Positions 9,998-19,113 of a DNA stretch of 64,000 nucleotides are shown in pieces. The DNA comes from an uncultured Croceitalea sp. (GTDB lineage: Bacteria; Bacteroidota; Bacteroidia; Flavobacteriales; Flavobacteriaceae): assembly GCF_947499565.1 (NCBI RefSeq), contig NZ_CANMOV010000006.1; one strand, given 5' to 3'. Position 1 is the stretch's first letter; each line of letters begins with the position of its first letter. Under the pieces are notes generated by a model. That model was not told the DNA's origin. It saw only the letters and a program-made list of their open reading frames with translations, and did no database searches. A program made the position numbers and the translations under genes.

Positions 9998-11033
9998 ACG
10001 TAATCTGCGCATTCTTAGGTTTTATATTGTTGGATGGACTCTCGCCATGTTATTTTTAGCTATTGTTCGCGGTGTAGGTACGGAGGAATTGGGAGAACTC
10101 CAATTCGATTTTAAATCTAGTATACTTATTAGTATAACTCTGGGACCAATCTTCGGGGTGATTTCAGGTTTCGCATCTATTTGGGTAGAGAAAAACCTCT
10201 ATCGAAAATTGACTATTGGCAGACTGCTAATCTACAGAACGCTATATGCCATTGGCTTTATCCTCTTTATGATTATCATAGCTTATTCGGTATATCAAGT
10301 GTATTTTGGGACAGAAATTAGCATTATCACCTTTGCGATTGACGATGGCAGTGGTGCTATTTACCTCTACATTTTGGCTACAGATTTTTTTATGACCATA
10401 CTAAGACAAGTAAGTCTTATGCTAGGTGAAGGGAATCTTACTAAAATGATTCGTGGAAAGTTTTATACACCCCGTGAAGAAAGTCGCATTTTCATGTTCA
10501 TAGATCTGCAGGCTTCTACTGCGCTAGCTGAACGTTTAGGACACGTAAAATACAGCATGCTTATACAGGATTGTTTTAATGATTTAGGGATTGCCGTAGA
10601 ACAAAATAATGCGGAAATCTATCAGTATGTTGGGGACGAAGCCGTATTAACATGGTCGCTCAAAGAAGGATTAATTAAACAAAATTCCCTAAAAGCTTAT
10701 TTTAATTTTTCAGAATTACTAAAAAAGAAAAGCGCGTATTATCAAAAAAAATATGATTGTCAGCCCTTTTTTAAAGCAGGATTGCATTCTGGAATAGTAA
10801 CAGTGACCGAAGTAGGCAAATACAAAAAGGAGATTGCTTACCATGGCGATACTATAAATACAGCGGCTCGTATCCAGGGACAATGCAATGCGCTTAATGC
10901 GCAATTATTAATTTCAGAAGCGCTCAAAAACCAATTACCTACAACTGATTTTGTTTTTATGGAAAAAGGAGAGGTCCCGTTAAAAGGCAAAAAGAAAGAT
11001 ATTATCATTTATGCTGTTTCCAGAAAACAATAA
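9990..11033 (+). CDS. Membrane-anchored class III nucleotidyl cyclase
   Basis: Four N-terminal TM helices; FMFIDLQAST, YQYVGDE, FKAGLHSG and GDTINTAARIQ motifs. Confidence 0.9.
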   Translation: MSRRNLRILRFYIVGWTLAMLFLAIVRGVGTEELGELQFDFKSSILISITLGPIFGVISGFASIWVEKNLYRKLTIGRLLIYRTLYAIGFILFMIIIAYSVYQVYFGTEISIITFAIDDGSGAIYLYILATDFFMTILRQVSLMLGEGNLTKMIRGKFYTPREESRIFMFIDLQASTALAERLGHVKYSMLIQDCFNDLGIAVEQNNAEIYQYVGDEAVLTWSLKEGLIKQNSLKAYFNFSELLKKKSAYYQKKYDCQPFFKAGLHSGIVTVTEVGKYKKEIAYHGDTINTAARIQGQCNALNAQLLISEALKNQLPTTDFVFMEKGEVPLKGKKKDIIIYAVSRKQ

Positions 11034-11059
11034 AAGGCAAGCATTACTGCCTGCCTTTT
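11032..11059. terminator. Bidirectional terminator
   Basis: AAAAGGCAAGCA-ttac-TGCCTGCCTTTT between convergent genes. Confidence 0.7.
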
Positions 11060-11078
11060 CTAACCAGCGCATTTAAAT

Positions 11079-11915
11079 TTACGCTTCTACTGGCTGGTTC
11101 CAAACTCCGGTTGCGGCGGTTTCTACTACATAATCTGAAAAATCTTTAGCCTTACGTCCTAAAACCTTTTCAATATCATGACTAATAATTTGGTTGTTTT
11201 CATTATCCAATACCTCAACAAACAAATAATTAATCAACCAGATATAATCTTCAGGAACACCATGCATTGTTAGCATTTCGGTATATTCTGGAAGTGTAAT
11301 TGCCGTAAACGCAAGCTCACTTCCAGTGGCATTGGCAATCTCAGCAGTTACTTCTCTAAAAGTTAATAGACGCGAACCTGTAAGCTCATAGATTTGTCCA
11401 TTATGCTTAGTATCCAACAAAGCTTCAACAGCAACATCTGCAATATCCTCAGCATCAACATAAGGTACTTTTGTATCTGCTTGTGGTAAAGCTACATGAC
11501 CGTGCAAGATAGGTTCCAAAAAAAAGCTTTCACTAAAATTTTGGCTAAACCAACTTGCACGTACAATGGTATAATCCAAACCGGAATTGATGACCAATTG
11601 TTCACAAGCTTCCGCTTCTACTTCCCCTTTCCCAGATAACAACACCAGCTTTTGTACTCCTTGGTCCTTTGCTACTCTAGTTAATGCTTCAATCGCCTCT
11701 TTTGCCCCAGGTACAGCTAAGTCTGGTTGGTACGTAATGTAAATACTGTCCATTCCTTCTAAAACAGCTGGCCAATCCGCTGGTTTGTCCCAATCAAATG
11801 CTGGGTTCTCACTTCGGGAGCCTACACGAACCTTATGTCCTAATTCATTCAAGCGTGCTACAATTCGCCTTCCCGTTTTTCCTTTTCCTCCTAATACTAA
11901 AATGTTTTTTTTCAT
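11079..11915 (-). CDS. NmrA-like NAD(P)H-binding SDR protein
   Basis: ILVLGGKGKTGRRI Rossmann motif; ATG at 11915 preferred over the TTG at 11924. Confidence 0.88.
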   Translation of the reverse strand: MKKNILVLGGKGKTGRRIVARLNELGHKVRVGSRSENPAFDWDKPADWPAVLEGMDSIYITYQPDLAVPGAKEAIEALTRVAKDQGVQKLVLLSGKGEVEAEACEQLVINSGLDYTIVRASWFSQNFSESFFLEPILHGHVALPQADTKVPYVDAEDIADVAVEALLDTKHNGQIYELTGSRLLTFREVTAEIANATGSELAFTAITLPEYTEMLTMHGVPEDYIWLINYLFVEVLDNENNQIISHDIEKVLGRKAKDFSDYVVETAATGVWNQPVEA

Positions 11916-11930
11916 GATTTTCAATTTTTG

Positions 11931-11952
11931 GTGCTTCGACTACGCTCAGCAC
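11931..11952. repeat. Stand-alone family C palindromic repeat (reverse orientation)
   Basis: GTGCTTCGACTACGCTCAGCAC; the core CTTCGACTACGCTCAG is the exact reverse complement of CTGAGCGTAGTCGAAG at 25287-25302. Confidence 0.7.
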
Positions 11953-12058
11953 TTGTGTTTATACTTGTTTATTATTTACTTATTTGCTTCAAATCGTCTA
12001 TTCTCTATACCCTTCGATTAAAAATCAAAGCACTCAAATTGACAGGTTTTATACAGTT

Positions 12059-12550
12059 TTATTTACCAATACCTGCAATTAGTAGTAAAGCGAACGATAT
12101 CATGGACGTGATAATCCGAATGATGTGAAATCGATTCCACGGATTTTCAAATCGTTTCCTAAGTACTCGTAGCTCTTCTAAAGAACTATTTGCTAAATCG
12201 GTCTTATCTAAAATTTGATTCAAGGGTACGTTTCCAAAAATGGTTACGAGCACTACTCCCAAAAAGTAAAGGCTTATGGCTAGTAAAACCAACCTAAAAT
12301 GCTCTGTCGACATCCCTTTACTGGTAAAAATGGTGGCAATTCCAACCAAAAATGACCCAAAGAATACCGCAAAAAATAGCGGATTTTCAATACTGCGATT
12401 CATTTTCTGAAAAGCCTGTAGGTAGTCCAGGTCGTTTAATTGTCCTATTCCTGGAGTTACTGCATTCCCCCAGGTAAAACATAATCCTGCAGTAAGTCCA
12501 ATTAATAGTGTTGCTGCGAACAGGCTTAGATTGCTTATTGATAGTTCCAT
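12059..12550 (-). CDS. DUF1772 (anthrone oxygenase-like) membrane protein
   Basis: YLQAFQKMNRSI, GNVPLNQIL and WNRFHIIR motifs; start moved to ATG 12550 to remove the overlap with the upstream gene. Confidence 0.82.
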   Translation of the reverse strand: MELSISNLSLFAATLLIGLTAGLCFTWGNAVTPGIGQLNDLDYLQAFQKMNRSIENPLFFAVFFGSFLVGIATIFTSKGMSTEHFRLVLLAISLYFLGVVLVTIFGNVPLNQILDKTDLANSSLEELRVLRKRFENPWNRFHIIRIITSMISFALLLIAGIGK

Positions 12551-12569
12551 GATTCTAGATTCTGATTGA

Positions 12570-12968
12570 TTAAACTGTTCTTTGAGTCTTGCGTACTCCC
12601 TTAAAATGCCCATACAATATGGCGGTGGTGATAAAAACACCACCTATAAGCCAAAAGTCCGGGTCGCTAAAAAAAACATAGTGGCTACCCCCTTGAGGCA
12701 CAAATAGCAAAGGCACGGTAATCAAGGCATCTAAAATGGAGGCAACACCAAAAAATGTGATTCCAATCCACATACCATGCGTTTTATCATCCTTTTTGTA
12801 GTACACCTTTGAACCAAACCAAACTAATGGTATTGCAGCTATAAGCAGCACCAAGTTGGCTTGCTGTTCTAAATTTTTTAGAACTGGGATAAAAAAGGAA
12901 AGTGAAAAAGCGCTTACCCCAAGTATCCAAATTATTACTCCTATACTAATTGCTCTAAAAGTGTTCAT
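12570..12968 (-). CDS. DUF5367-like 4-TM membrane protein
   Basis: Four hydrophobic helices; LDALITVPL...FFSDPDFW motif. Confidence 0.7.
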   Translation of the reverse strand: MNTFRAISIGVIIWILGVSAFSLSFFIPVLKNLEQQANLVLLIAAIPLVWFGSKVYYKKDDKTHGMWIGITFFGVASILDALITVPLLFVPQGGSHYVFFSDPDFWLIGGVFITTAILYGHFKGVRKTQRTV

Positions 12969-13064
12969 GACTGTTTGTTTTTTAATTACAAGACAAAACT
13001 AGAGCAGCCCCAATCGCGGCATTTGTTTAAAAAGGAGAATGATCTGTTCGAAAAGGAGTATTTA

Positions 13065-13925
13065 CTATGAAACCTTTATTTCACTGGGTCGAAATCCAAA
13101 TTTTTTAGTGAAAGCATTGGAAAAAGAGCTCAGACTATCATAACCTACATGCCACGCTGCTTCTTGTACCGTCGCGCTTTTACTGCGAATAAGGTCATGG
13201 GCAGTGGTCATGCGTTCATTTTGCAAGTATTTAAACACGGGCACCCCAAATAACTCTTTAAAATCTTTTTTGAGTTTAAAGGTATTAAGGCCAATCTGGC
13301 GAGAAAGCTCTGTTAAGGAAGGCGGTGTGTCTAAGTTTTTCGAGAGGATTTCTTTTGCCTGATATAGTTTTTCCCGCTCTTTAGATTTTATTTCACTGGT
13401 GGACAAGGTTGCTAATTGCCAAAAGAAATGAGATAATAAAGCCGTAATTTGGCTTCGGAAAAACATCATCTTCGCTTTTCCTTCGTACTGGTTGTTAAAA
13501 ATATTATCCACAATATGTTCCATCTCTGGTGTCATAAAAAAACGTGGGCCTTCCACGTAGGAATCCGACGGATTCACCAATTCTTTTAATAAGTCTATAA
13601 ATAGCTCTCCTTCTCCATTGGGTAAGTTCTCCAGATTCTTAGGTGCGGTGGCAATTAAGATGCATTGCAAGGCTTTATCGGGTGAAACTGTGTGTACACA
13701 ATCAACGGTCTCATCCGCATAAAAAGAAACGGCCAAGCCCTTGGTGTTCTCATAAGGTACTTTCTTATCTCCATGGTCCATAGACAAATGCACATTACCA
13801 GATCCGTAAAACGCAACGGCAATTAAAGGTTCATCAAACTTACAAGTGTCAATAATGACCTTATCAGAATTAGCCTCTTCAATTAAAATGATAAAATCAT
13901 TGATATTGATTACATCCCTTGTCAT
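13065..13925 (-). CDS. AraC-family regulator
   Basis: PPSLTELSRQIGLNTFKLKKDFKELFG...VGYDSLSSFSNAFTKKFG; sits upstream of the DUF5367-DUF1772-NmrA operon. Confidence 0.92.
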   Translation of the reverse strand: MTRDVININDFIILIEEANSDKVIIDTCKFDEPLIAVAFYGSGNVHLSMDHGDKKVPYENTKGLAVSFYADETVDCVHTVSPDKALQCILIATAPKNLENLPNGEGELFIDLLKELVNPSDSYVEGPRFFMTPEMEHIVDNIFNNQYEGKAKMMFFRSQITALLSHFFWQLATLSTSEIKSKEREKLYQAKEILSKNLDTPPSLTELSRQIGLNTFKLKKDFKELFGVPVFKYLQNERMTTAHDLIRSKSATVQEAAWHVGYDSLSSFSNAFTKKFGFRPSEIKVS

Positions 13926-14031
13926 AGTGCTACTAAAATTAGCTAATATTCAAATTATGAACAACACTAATAAATTCTCAACTTTTAAAAAGTAACTTTA
14001 TAGCAATCAAAAAACGAAAATCCAATCTTAA

Positions 14032-15408
14032 ATGAAATCTCAAATACGCTTTTCAGCATTCTTATTACTATGTTTCTTAACTAGCAATGCCCAAAACATA
14101 TACAGAACTGCATGCCAAGGGAATATTTCTCGCTTGGACAGTCTACTACAAAAAACAACAGTGAATACGCCAGATAACCGTGGTCGTTCGCTATTACATT
14201 GGGCAGTTGCCTGTAATCAAAAAGAAGTATTTGGACATTTGTTACAAAAAGGAATCACACCTAATTTAGAAGATGAAGAGGGAGTAACTCCCCTATTTAT
14301 GGCGGTTCGGTTTAAACGCATGGAGTTCTTCAATCAGCTAGTAAGGCTTGAGACGGACACAAGCTGGAAACAGAAATATGGAGGACAATTGTTCGCAAAA
14401 GCTATTTTAAACAAAGACACTGTTTTTGTTCAAAAGCTTACCGAAATTGGGGTATCCGTTAACAGCAAAAATAAAAGAGGTAATACACCATTAGAAATTG
14501 CGCTAAAAACCAATGCCACCAAAATAGCTGACTTTCTAAAGGCGAACGGTGCAGATGAAACTTTGGTTCGTAACCTCATAGTAAAAGGAGCTTATATGGG
14601 TCAAAAATCACCAGGAACGGTTTCCAAAATTTTTGCTCCTAATGTAATTTCTACGGAAGAATATGAATTTGGTTCGGTATTTAATAAAGCTGGTACCGAG
14701 TTTTACTATGGTGTCGATGTCAATGGAAAGACCGAAATCCGTTATTCGGAACTGCAAGGAGACACATGGACAAGCCCAAAAATTATACTGTCGCATAAAC
14801 AATATGGGTATAATGACCCCTTTTTATCACCAGATGAAAATCGATTGTACTTTATCTCGAACAGCGCCATGGATGGCAAAGGAGAGCAAAAAGATATTGA
14901 TATTTGGTATGTAAATCGAGCAGGTAGTGGTTGGTCAGAACCTGTAAATGCAGGACCAAACATCAATACTAGTAATGAGGAATACTACATATCGTTCACT
15001 AGAGACGGTACTATGTATTTTTCTACAGATGCTTACAGTGATAAGAACAACCGCAATCATGATATTTACTATTCAAAATTTGTGAATGGCGAATTTCAAA
15101 AAGCAGTTCGATTGGGCGATGCTATAAATACCAATGCTTATGAAGCTGATGTTTTTGTAGCTCCAGATGAAAGCTATATAATTTTTTGCGCCATGCGCTC
15201 AGAAGGTATGGGCAGGGGCGACCTTTATATTAGTTTTAAAAAAGAAGATGGGTCTTGGTCGCAATCCGTTAACATGGGTGATGCTATAAACACAGAAGGT
15301 CACGAGTTATGCCCTTTTGTAACCCATGATGGTAAATATCTTTTCTATACGAGTAAACAAGATATTTATTGGGTAAGTACAGCGGTTTTTAAGTCGTTAA
15401 AGAAATAA
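14032..15408 (+). CDS. Secreted ankyrin-repeat plus PD40 (TolB-like beta-propeller) protein
   Basis: Ankyrin motifs GRSLLHWAV, GVTPLFMAV and GNTPLEIAL; PD40 repeats (DPFLSPDENRLYF, CPFVTHDGKYLFY). Confidence 0.85.
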   Translation: MKSQIRFSAFLLLCFLTSNAQNIYRTACQGNISRLDSLLQKTTVNTPDNRGRSLLHWAVACNQKEVFGHLLQKGITPNLEDEEGVTPLFMAVRFKRMEFFNQLVRLETDTSWKQKYGGQLFAKAILNKDTVFVQKLTEIGVSVNSKNKRGNTPLEIALKTNATKIADFLKANGADETLVRNLIVKGAYMGQKSPGTVSKIFAPNVISTEEYEFGSVFNKAGTEFYYGVDVNGKTEIRYSELQGDTWTSPKIILSHKQYGYNDPFLSPDENRLYFISNSAMDGKGEQKDIDIWYVNRAGSGWSEPVNAGPNINTSNEEYYISFTRDGTMYFSTDAYSDKNNRNHDIYYSKFVNGEFQKAVRLGDAINTNAYEADVFVAPDESYIIFCAMRSEGMGRGDLYISFKKEDGSWSQSVNMGDAINTEGHELCPFVTHDGKYLFYTSKQDIYWVSTAVFKSLKK

Positions 15409-15424
15409 TTGCCTGACCAAATTA

Positions 15425-15825
15425 GTCACTTAGAGTGTTTTCAAACCAACGATAGTGCGAATGAAAGTGTATAGAGAAGCTGGTGTTCCAAAAAGTTCTC
15501 GATACAATTTGCTAGAAGCAAATCACTCGAACTGACATTTTATACTAAATTACAAACCAAATCTAGTGTCACTTCGAGTGGATTTTGCGACCTTTTTCAG
15601 AAGCAAAATTTGTATCGAGAAGCCAACACGTTCCAAAAGGTTCTCGATACAATTTGCTTGCAGCAAATCACTCGAACTGACATTTTATTTAAATTACAAA
15701 CAAATCCTAGCGTCACTTCGAGTGGATTTTGCAACTTTTTTCGGGAGCAAAATTTGTACAGAGAAGCCAACACGTTCCAAAAGGTTCTCGATACAATTTG
15801 CTTGCAGCAAATCACTCGAACTGAC
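15425..15825. repeat. Tandem array of three family B REP doublets (~113-bp unit, 143-144-bp period)
   Basis: Units at 15425-15536, 15568-15681 and 15712-15825, each GTCACTTCGAGTG...TATCGAGAA-spacer-TTCTCGATAC...CACTCGAACTGAC. Confidence 0.9.
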
Positions 15826-15985
15826 ATCTTCGTTTAGGATTCATATTACTGTTAAGGATTTTATAAATGCCGTAATTCACCTAAAATATCATACTTTTCA
15901 TCGATGGTGAAGGCCAGAAGTATTGCTTTCAGGGTAAGTATTAAAGAGACCGCTATTGGTCTATGTTCATTTAAATTTTAATACT

Positions 15986-16789
15986 ATGAAAGCAAAACAG
16001 ATGTTATCCATCCTTACCATACTAGCCATCTGTTTCTTTGCAAACGCTCAAGAAAAGTCGCACTGCATTTACGATGATTGTGGTTTTGAACCTGGGCAAA
16101 CCGTTTACCTTTTTGGGGACCAAGTGCAATTGCGCGAGGCACCTACTACCGAGAGCAAAGTGCTCAAAACTTTATCTATTGGCATGCCTATGAAAGTACA
16201 AGAAAAGCACAAAAATTCTTGGCGCTATAAAGGCGTGGACCATCATTTTTACAAGGTGAATTACAATGGTTTAGAAGGTTATGTCCTAGGTGGATTATTG
16301 GCCTTAGAAAAGAAGACCATTAACAATGTGGTGCATCTCTTTGGGAGGGCAAAAACAGGTAATGAAGATTACCTGCTTATTCGAACCTTAAAAGACGACG
16401 GTTCCTTTATAGAAAAGTCTACACGGTTACACAACGGGCAGTTTTATTTGACAGACATCGGCACCAAAGGTTTACCAAATATAGAAGGCGCCTTACTAGT
16501 AGATTATGTTGCCAAAGCTTTTGGCACGGAAGGAGGTGGTATTTACCTATTTCAGGAAGAAGGGGAACTGCATCAGGTAGCGCGGCTATCGCAGGTGTCC
16601 GATGCAGGAGCCTATTATCTGTGGGAAGAATTTATATTTCCTGAAGATAAAAACGGTGTAGCGGGCAGAATACGCTACAAAAAAGAAGTTGGTGAAAGTT
16701 ATAATAGCAATGCCCAATGGAAAAAGAAAAGTATAGAGACCAAAGAACTGGTCTGGGTAAATGCAAGCTTAGAGCTGGCACAGCAATAG
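15986..16789 (+). CDS. Secreted SH3b-domain protein
   Basis: Signal peptide MKAKQMLSILTILAICFFANA; SH3b-like VQLREAPTTESKVLKTL...YKVNYNGLEGYV; ATG 15986 preferred. Confidence 0.75.
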   Translation: MKAKQMLSILTILAICFFANAQEKSHCIYDDCGFEPGQTVYLFGDQVQLREAPTTESKVLKTLSIGMPMKVQEKHKNSWRYKGVDHHFYKVNYNGLEGYVLGGLLALEKKTINNVVHLFGRAKTGNEDYLLIRTLKDDGSFIEKSTRLHNGQFYLTDIGTKGLPNIEGALLVDYVAKAFGTEGGGIYLFQEEGELHQVARLSQVSDAGAYYLWEEFIFPEDKNGVAGRIRYKKEVGESYNSNAQWKKKSIETKELVWVNASLELAQQ

Positions 16790-16808
16790 TCACTATTAGA
16801 TAGTTTAT

Positions 16809-16835
16809 AACCGAGGGACACCCCTCGGTTTTTTT
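16809..16835 (+). terminator. Intrinsic terminator
   Basis: AACCGAGGG-aca-CCCTCGGTT hairpin followed by a T-run. Confidence 0.8.
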
Positions 16836-16881
16836 AGCAATTGGATATAATCTTAGTACATTAGAAGGACAAACAAACGCC

Positions 16882-17961
16882 ATGCTAGCTCCCAAAACGA
16901 AAAGATATATCCTTAAAATACTCCCTTTTGGTATCATCACCGGAGTTTTTTATTTGGTCTACGCACTAGTAGAACATGGAATTTTAGGAGATCACCCCAT
17001 ATATCCCTCCACCAAAAATCCCTATAATTTCTCCATATGGGTGCCCACAATTATATCCTTCATTATAGGACTGCTTATAGGTCTTTTTGAAGTACGGTTT
17101 TTAAGTCAAACCTTTTTAAAAAGCAGTTTTACCAAGAAAATCATTTTTAAGACACTCATTTACCTATTGGTGATTATGGTAGCAACGGTCACCATTGCTG
17201 TGGTAAATAATACTATTGAATTCGGGGTAAGTCCACTGTCTTCGCGCGTTTGGAATGGCGTCTATCGGTTTTTCTCCAACTTTGCGTTTTGGAGCATCAT
17301 CTCCTACTATACCGTAGGTCTAACTACCTGCCTTTTTTATACAGAGATTAGTGATAATGTAGGTCAGAATGTATTGCTTAATTTCTTTACGGGGAAGTAT
17401 CACCATCCGGTAGAAGAGGAACGGGTGTTTCTATTTTTAGATATGAAATCTTCTACTACCATTGCGGAGCAATTGGGGCATATCACCTATTTTAAATTGT
17501 TACGCGATTATTATTCCGATTTATCGGAAGCCATCATCACCTTTGGGGGAGAAATCTACCAATATGTAGGTGATGAAATTGTAGTCACCTGGCAGTTAAA
17601 ACCAAACCAAAAACATACGGAGAGTGTCGCTTGTTTTTTTGCTATGAAAGCTGCGCTAAATGCAAAGTCTGATAGCTATATAGCTAAGTATGGACTGGCT
17701 CCAACCTTTAAAGCGGGTATCCATTTGGGTAAGGTAACCACTGGTGAAATTGGAAAAATCAAAAAAGACATTGTCTTTACGGGCGATGTATTAAATACCA
17801 CTGCGCGCATTCAAGGGCTTTGTAATGAGTACAATGTAGCATTGCTACTCTCAAAAAAGTTAGTAGATACCTTGGATTTAAAAGCTTCTTATGAAGTTTA
17901 TGAACTTGGCGAAACTGAACTCCGTGGACGAGATGAAAAAATTACGCTGTACTCCATTTGA
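16882..17961 (+). CDS. Membrane-anchored class III nucleotidyl cyclase (paralogue of 9990..11033)
   Basis: Four TM helices; FLFLDMKSST, YQYVGDE, FKAGIHLG and GDVLNTTARIQ motifs. Confidence 0.9.
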   Translation: MLAPKTKRYILKILPFGIITGVFYLVYALVEHGILGDHPIYPSTKNPYNFSIWVPTIISFIIGLLIGLFEVRFLSQTFLKSSFTKKIIFKTLIYLLVIMVATVTIAVVNNTIEFGVSPLSSRVWNGVYRFFSNFAFWSIISYYTVGLTTCLFYTEISDNVGQNVLLNFFTGKYHHPVEEERVFLFLDMKSSTTIAEQLGHITYFKLLRDYYSDLSEAIITFGGEIYQYVGDEIVVTWQLKPNQKHTESVACFFAMKAALNAKSDSYIAKYGLAPTFKAGIHLGKVTTGEIGKIKKDIVFTGDVLNTTARIQGLCNEYNVALLLSKKLVDTLDLKASYEVYELGETELRGRDEKITLYSI

Positions 17962-18004
17962 GAACTCTTAGTTGAAATTAAACATAAACTAAATAAGACC
18001 TAAT

Positions 18005-18066
18005 GTCAGTTCGAGTGATTTGCTTAAAAAAGCTTGTCCTGAGCTCTGCCGAAGGGTATCGAGAAC
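18005..18066 (+). repeat. Family B REP carrying a nested family C element
   Basis: GTCAGTTCGAGTGATTTGC...[CTTGTCCTGAGCTCTGCCGAAGG]GTATCGAGAAC. Confidence 0.8.
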
Positions 18067-18096
18067 ATCGTTTGGAAAAGTAACCCTTGTTTGTGA

Positions 18097-18208
18097 GGGA
18101 TTTCTCAATCGTCGCCGAGCCTGTCCTTAGCAAAGTCGAAGGGCTCCTCATGTCGAAATGACTAAAAAAGAACACGATTTTCATTTCTAAGTGAATATGA
18201 GAAATCCC
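18097..18208. repeat. Orphan family A REP doublet (same unit as those flanking the GIY-YIG gene at 25.4 kb)
   Basis: Perfect 11-bp terminal inverted repeat GGGATTTCTCA...TGAGAAATCCC; the left half nearly matches 25259-25325. Confidence 0.88.
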
Positions 18209-18252
18209 ATAATAGTTTTCTTAAGTATCTTTAAACCAACAACTCCTTGTTT

Positions 18253-18687
18253 ATGAAAAAGAGCCGCAACATAGCTATAGTTTTTCTAGCCATTTCGCTA
18301 GTGCTTGGTGTGGTCTTTTTCTTGAATACTACATACCCAAAAGGGCTAAACAACTATTTTAAAGCGGAATACTACAACCAATTTGGGCCTTTGGCCATAT
18401 GTGTAGAATTGTTGGTTGCTGGCTACTACTTATTTGTAAAAAATACTAAAGCCAATTTTGCATTGGCTGTTTTTGCCTTTACCGCTCTTTTAGACCCTAT
18501 TTTTAATGTCACCGGACTTTTTAGCAGTTTGGTACCCCTTTATGCTACCATACTTTTTGTGATTTGCGCCTTGGTAGCACTCTGGCTTTCTTTTACCGAC
18601 ACTTTTGGGCTTGGTAAGATTTCTATGTGGGCTGCTTTTGGTAGTTTTTTGCTGGGTACTGCTGTAGAGTTGTTTTTTAATCTGTAG
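18253..18687 (+). CDS. Hypothetical 4-5 TM membrane protein
   Basis: Hydrophobic ORF between repeat clusters; ATG at 18253. Confidence 0.7.
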   Translation: MKKSRNIAIVFLAISLVLGVVFFLNTTYPKGLNNYFKAEYYNQFGPLAICVELLVAGYYLFVKNTKANFALAVFAFTALLDPIFNVTGLFSSLVPLYATILFVICALVALWLSFTDTFGLGKISMWAAFGSFLLGTAVELFFNL

Positions 18688-18700
18688 CAACCCTCCGCTT

Positions 18701-18890
18701 GTCAGTCCGAGTGTTTTGTTTAAAAGCTTGTCCTGAGCTCTGCCGAAGGGTATCGAGAACATCGTTAGTTCCAGTGTCTTCTTTGAAAATGCCTGTCCTG
18801 AGCTCTGCCGAAGGGTATCGAGAACCTCTTTAGTTCGCGTGTCTTCTTTAAAAACACCTGTCCTAAGCTCTACCAAAGGGCATCCAGAAC
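18701..18890 (+). repeat. Tandem array of three B+C composite repeats (63-65-bp period), progressively degenerate
   Basis: Units at 18701-18760, 18764-18825 and 18829-18890, each ending C(C/T)TGTCCTGAGCTCTGCCGAAGG-GTATCGAGAAC or a decayed version. Confidence 0.85.
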
Positions 18891-19067
18891 AACACCAATT
18901 CCTTTAATTTTCTATGGAAAATTGTGTCAAAAACCACAGTAAAACCATAAAAATTTAGGGTTTTCACCTATTGTAAAATAGAGACATTCCTTATATATTG
19001 AAAATTGATTTCACCTCCCCCAATTTAAATCAAAAAAGTATGCTTTACCTACTAATATTGGCAGCTA

Positions 19068-19104
19068 TAGTTACTAGTACGTATACACAATTGTTATGCA
19101 CAAT
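19068..19104 (+). mobile_element. Right-half attC-like site (R'-like GTTATGCAC) opening cassette 1
   Basis: ...GTATACACAATT-GTTATGCACAAT, 13 nt before the ATG; nearly complementary (8/9) to GTGTATAAC at 19873. Confidence 0.5.
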
Positions 19105-19113
19105 TAAGCGAAT

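Noticed and set aside
12551-12643. Long start for DUF1772 overlapping the upstream gene
   Set aside because: A 74-nt same-strand overlap is unnecessary; ATG 12550 fits.
15425-15825. CRISPR array
   Set aside because: Units are ~113-bp palindromic doublets with near-identical, not unique, spacers, and no cas genes are present.
15566-15910. Three overlapping ORFs (15566+, 15597-, 15610+) with internally repeated peptides
   Set aside because: They are translations of the family B repeat array.
17978-18876. Minus-strand ORFs 17978..18184 and 18490..18876
   Set aside because: They run through repeat clusters or antisense to a better-supported gene.
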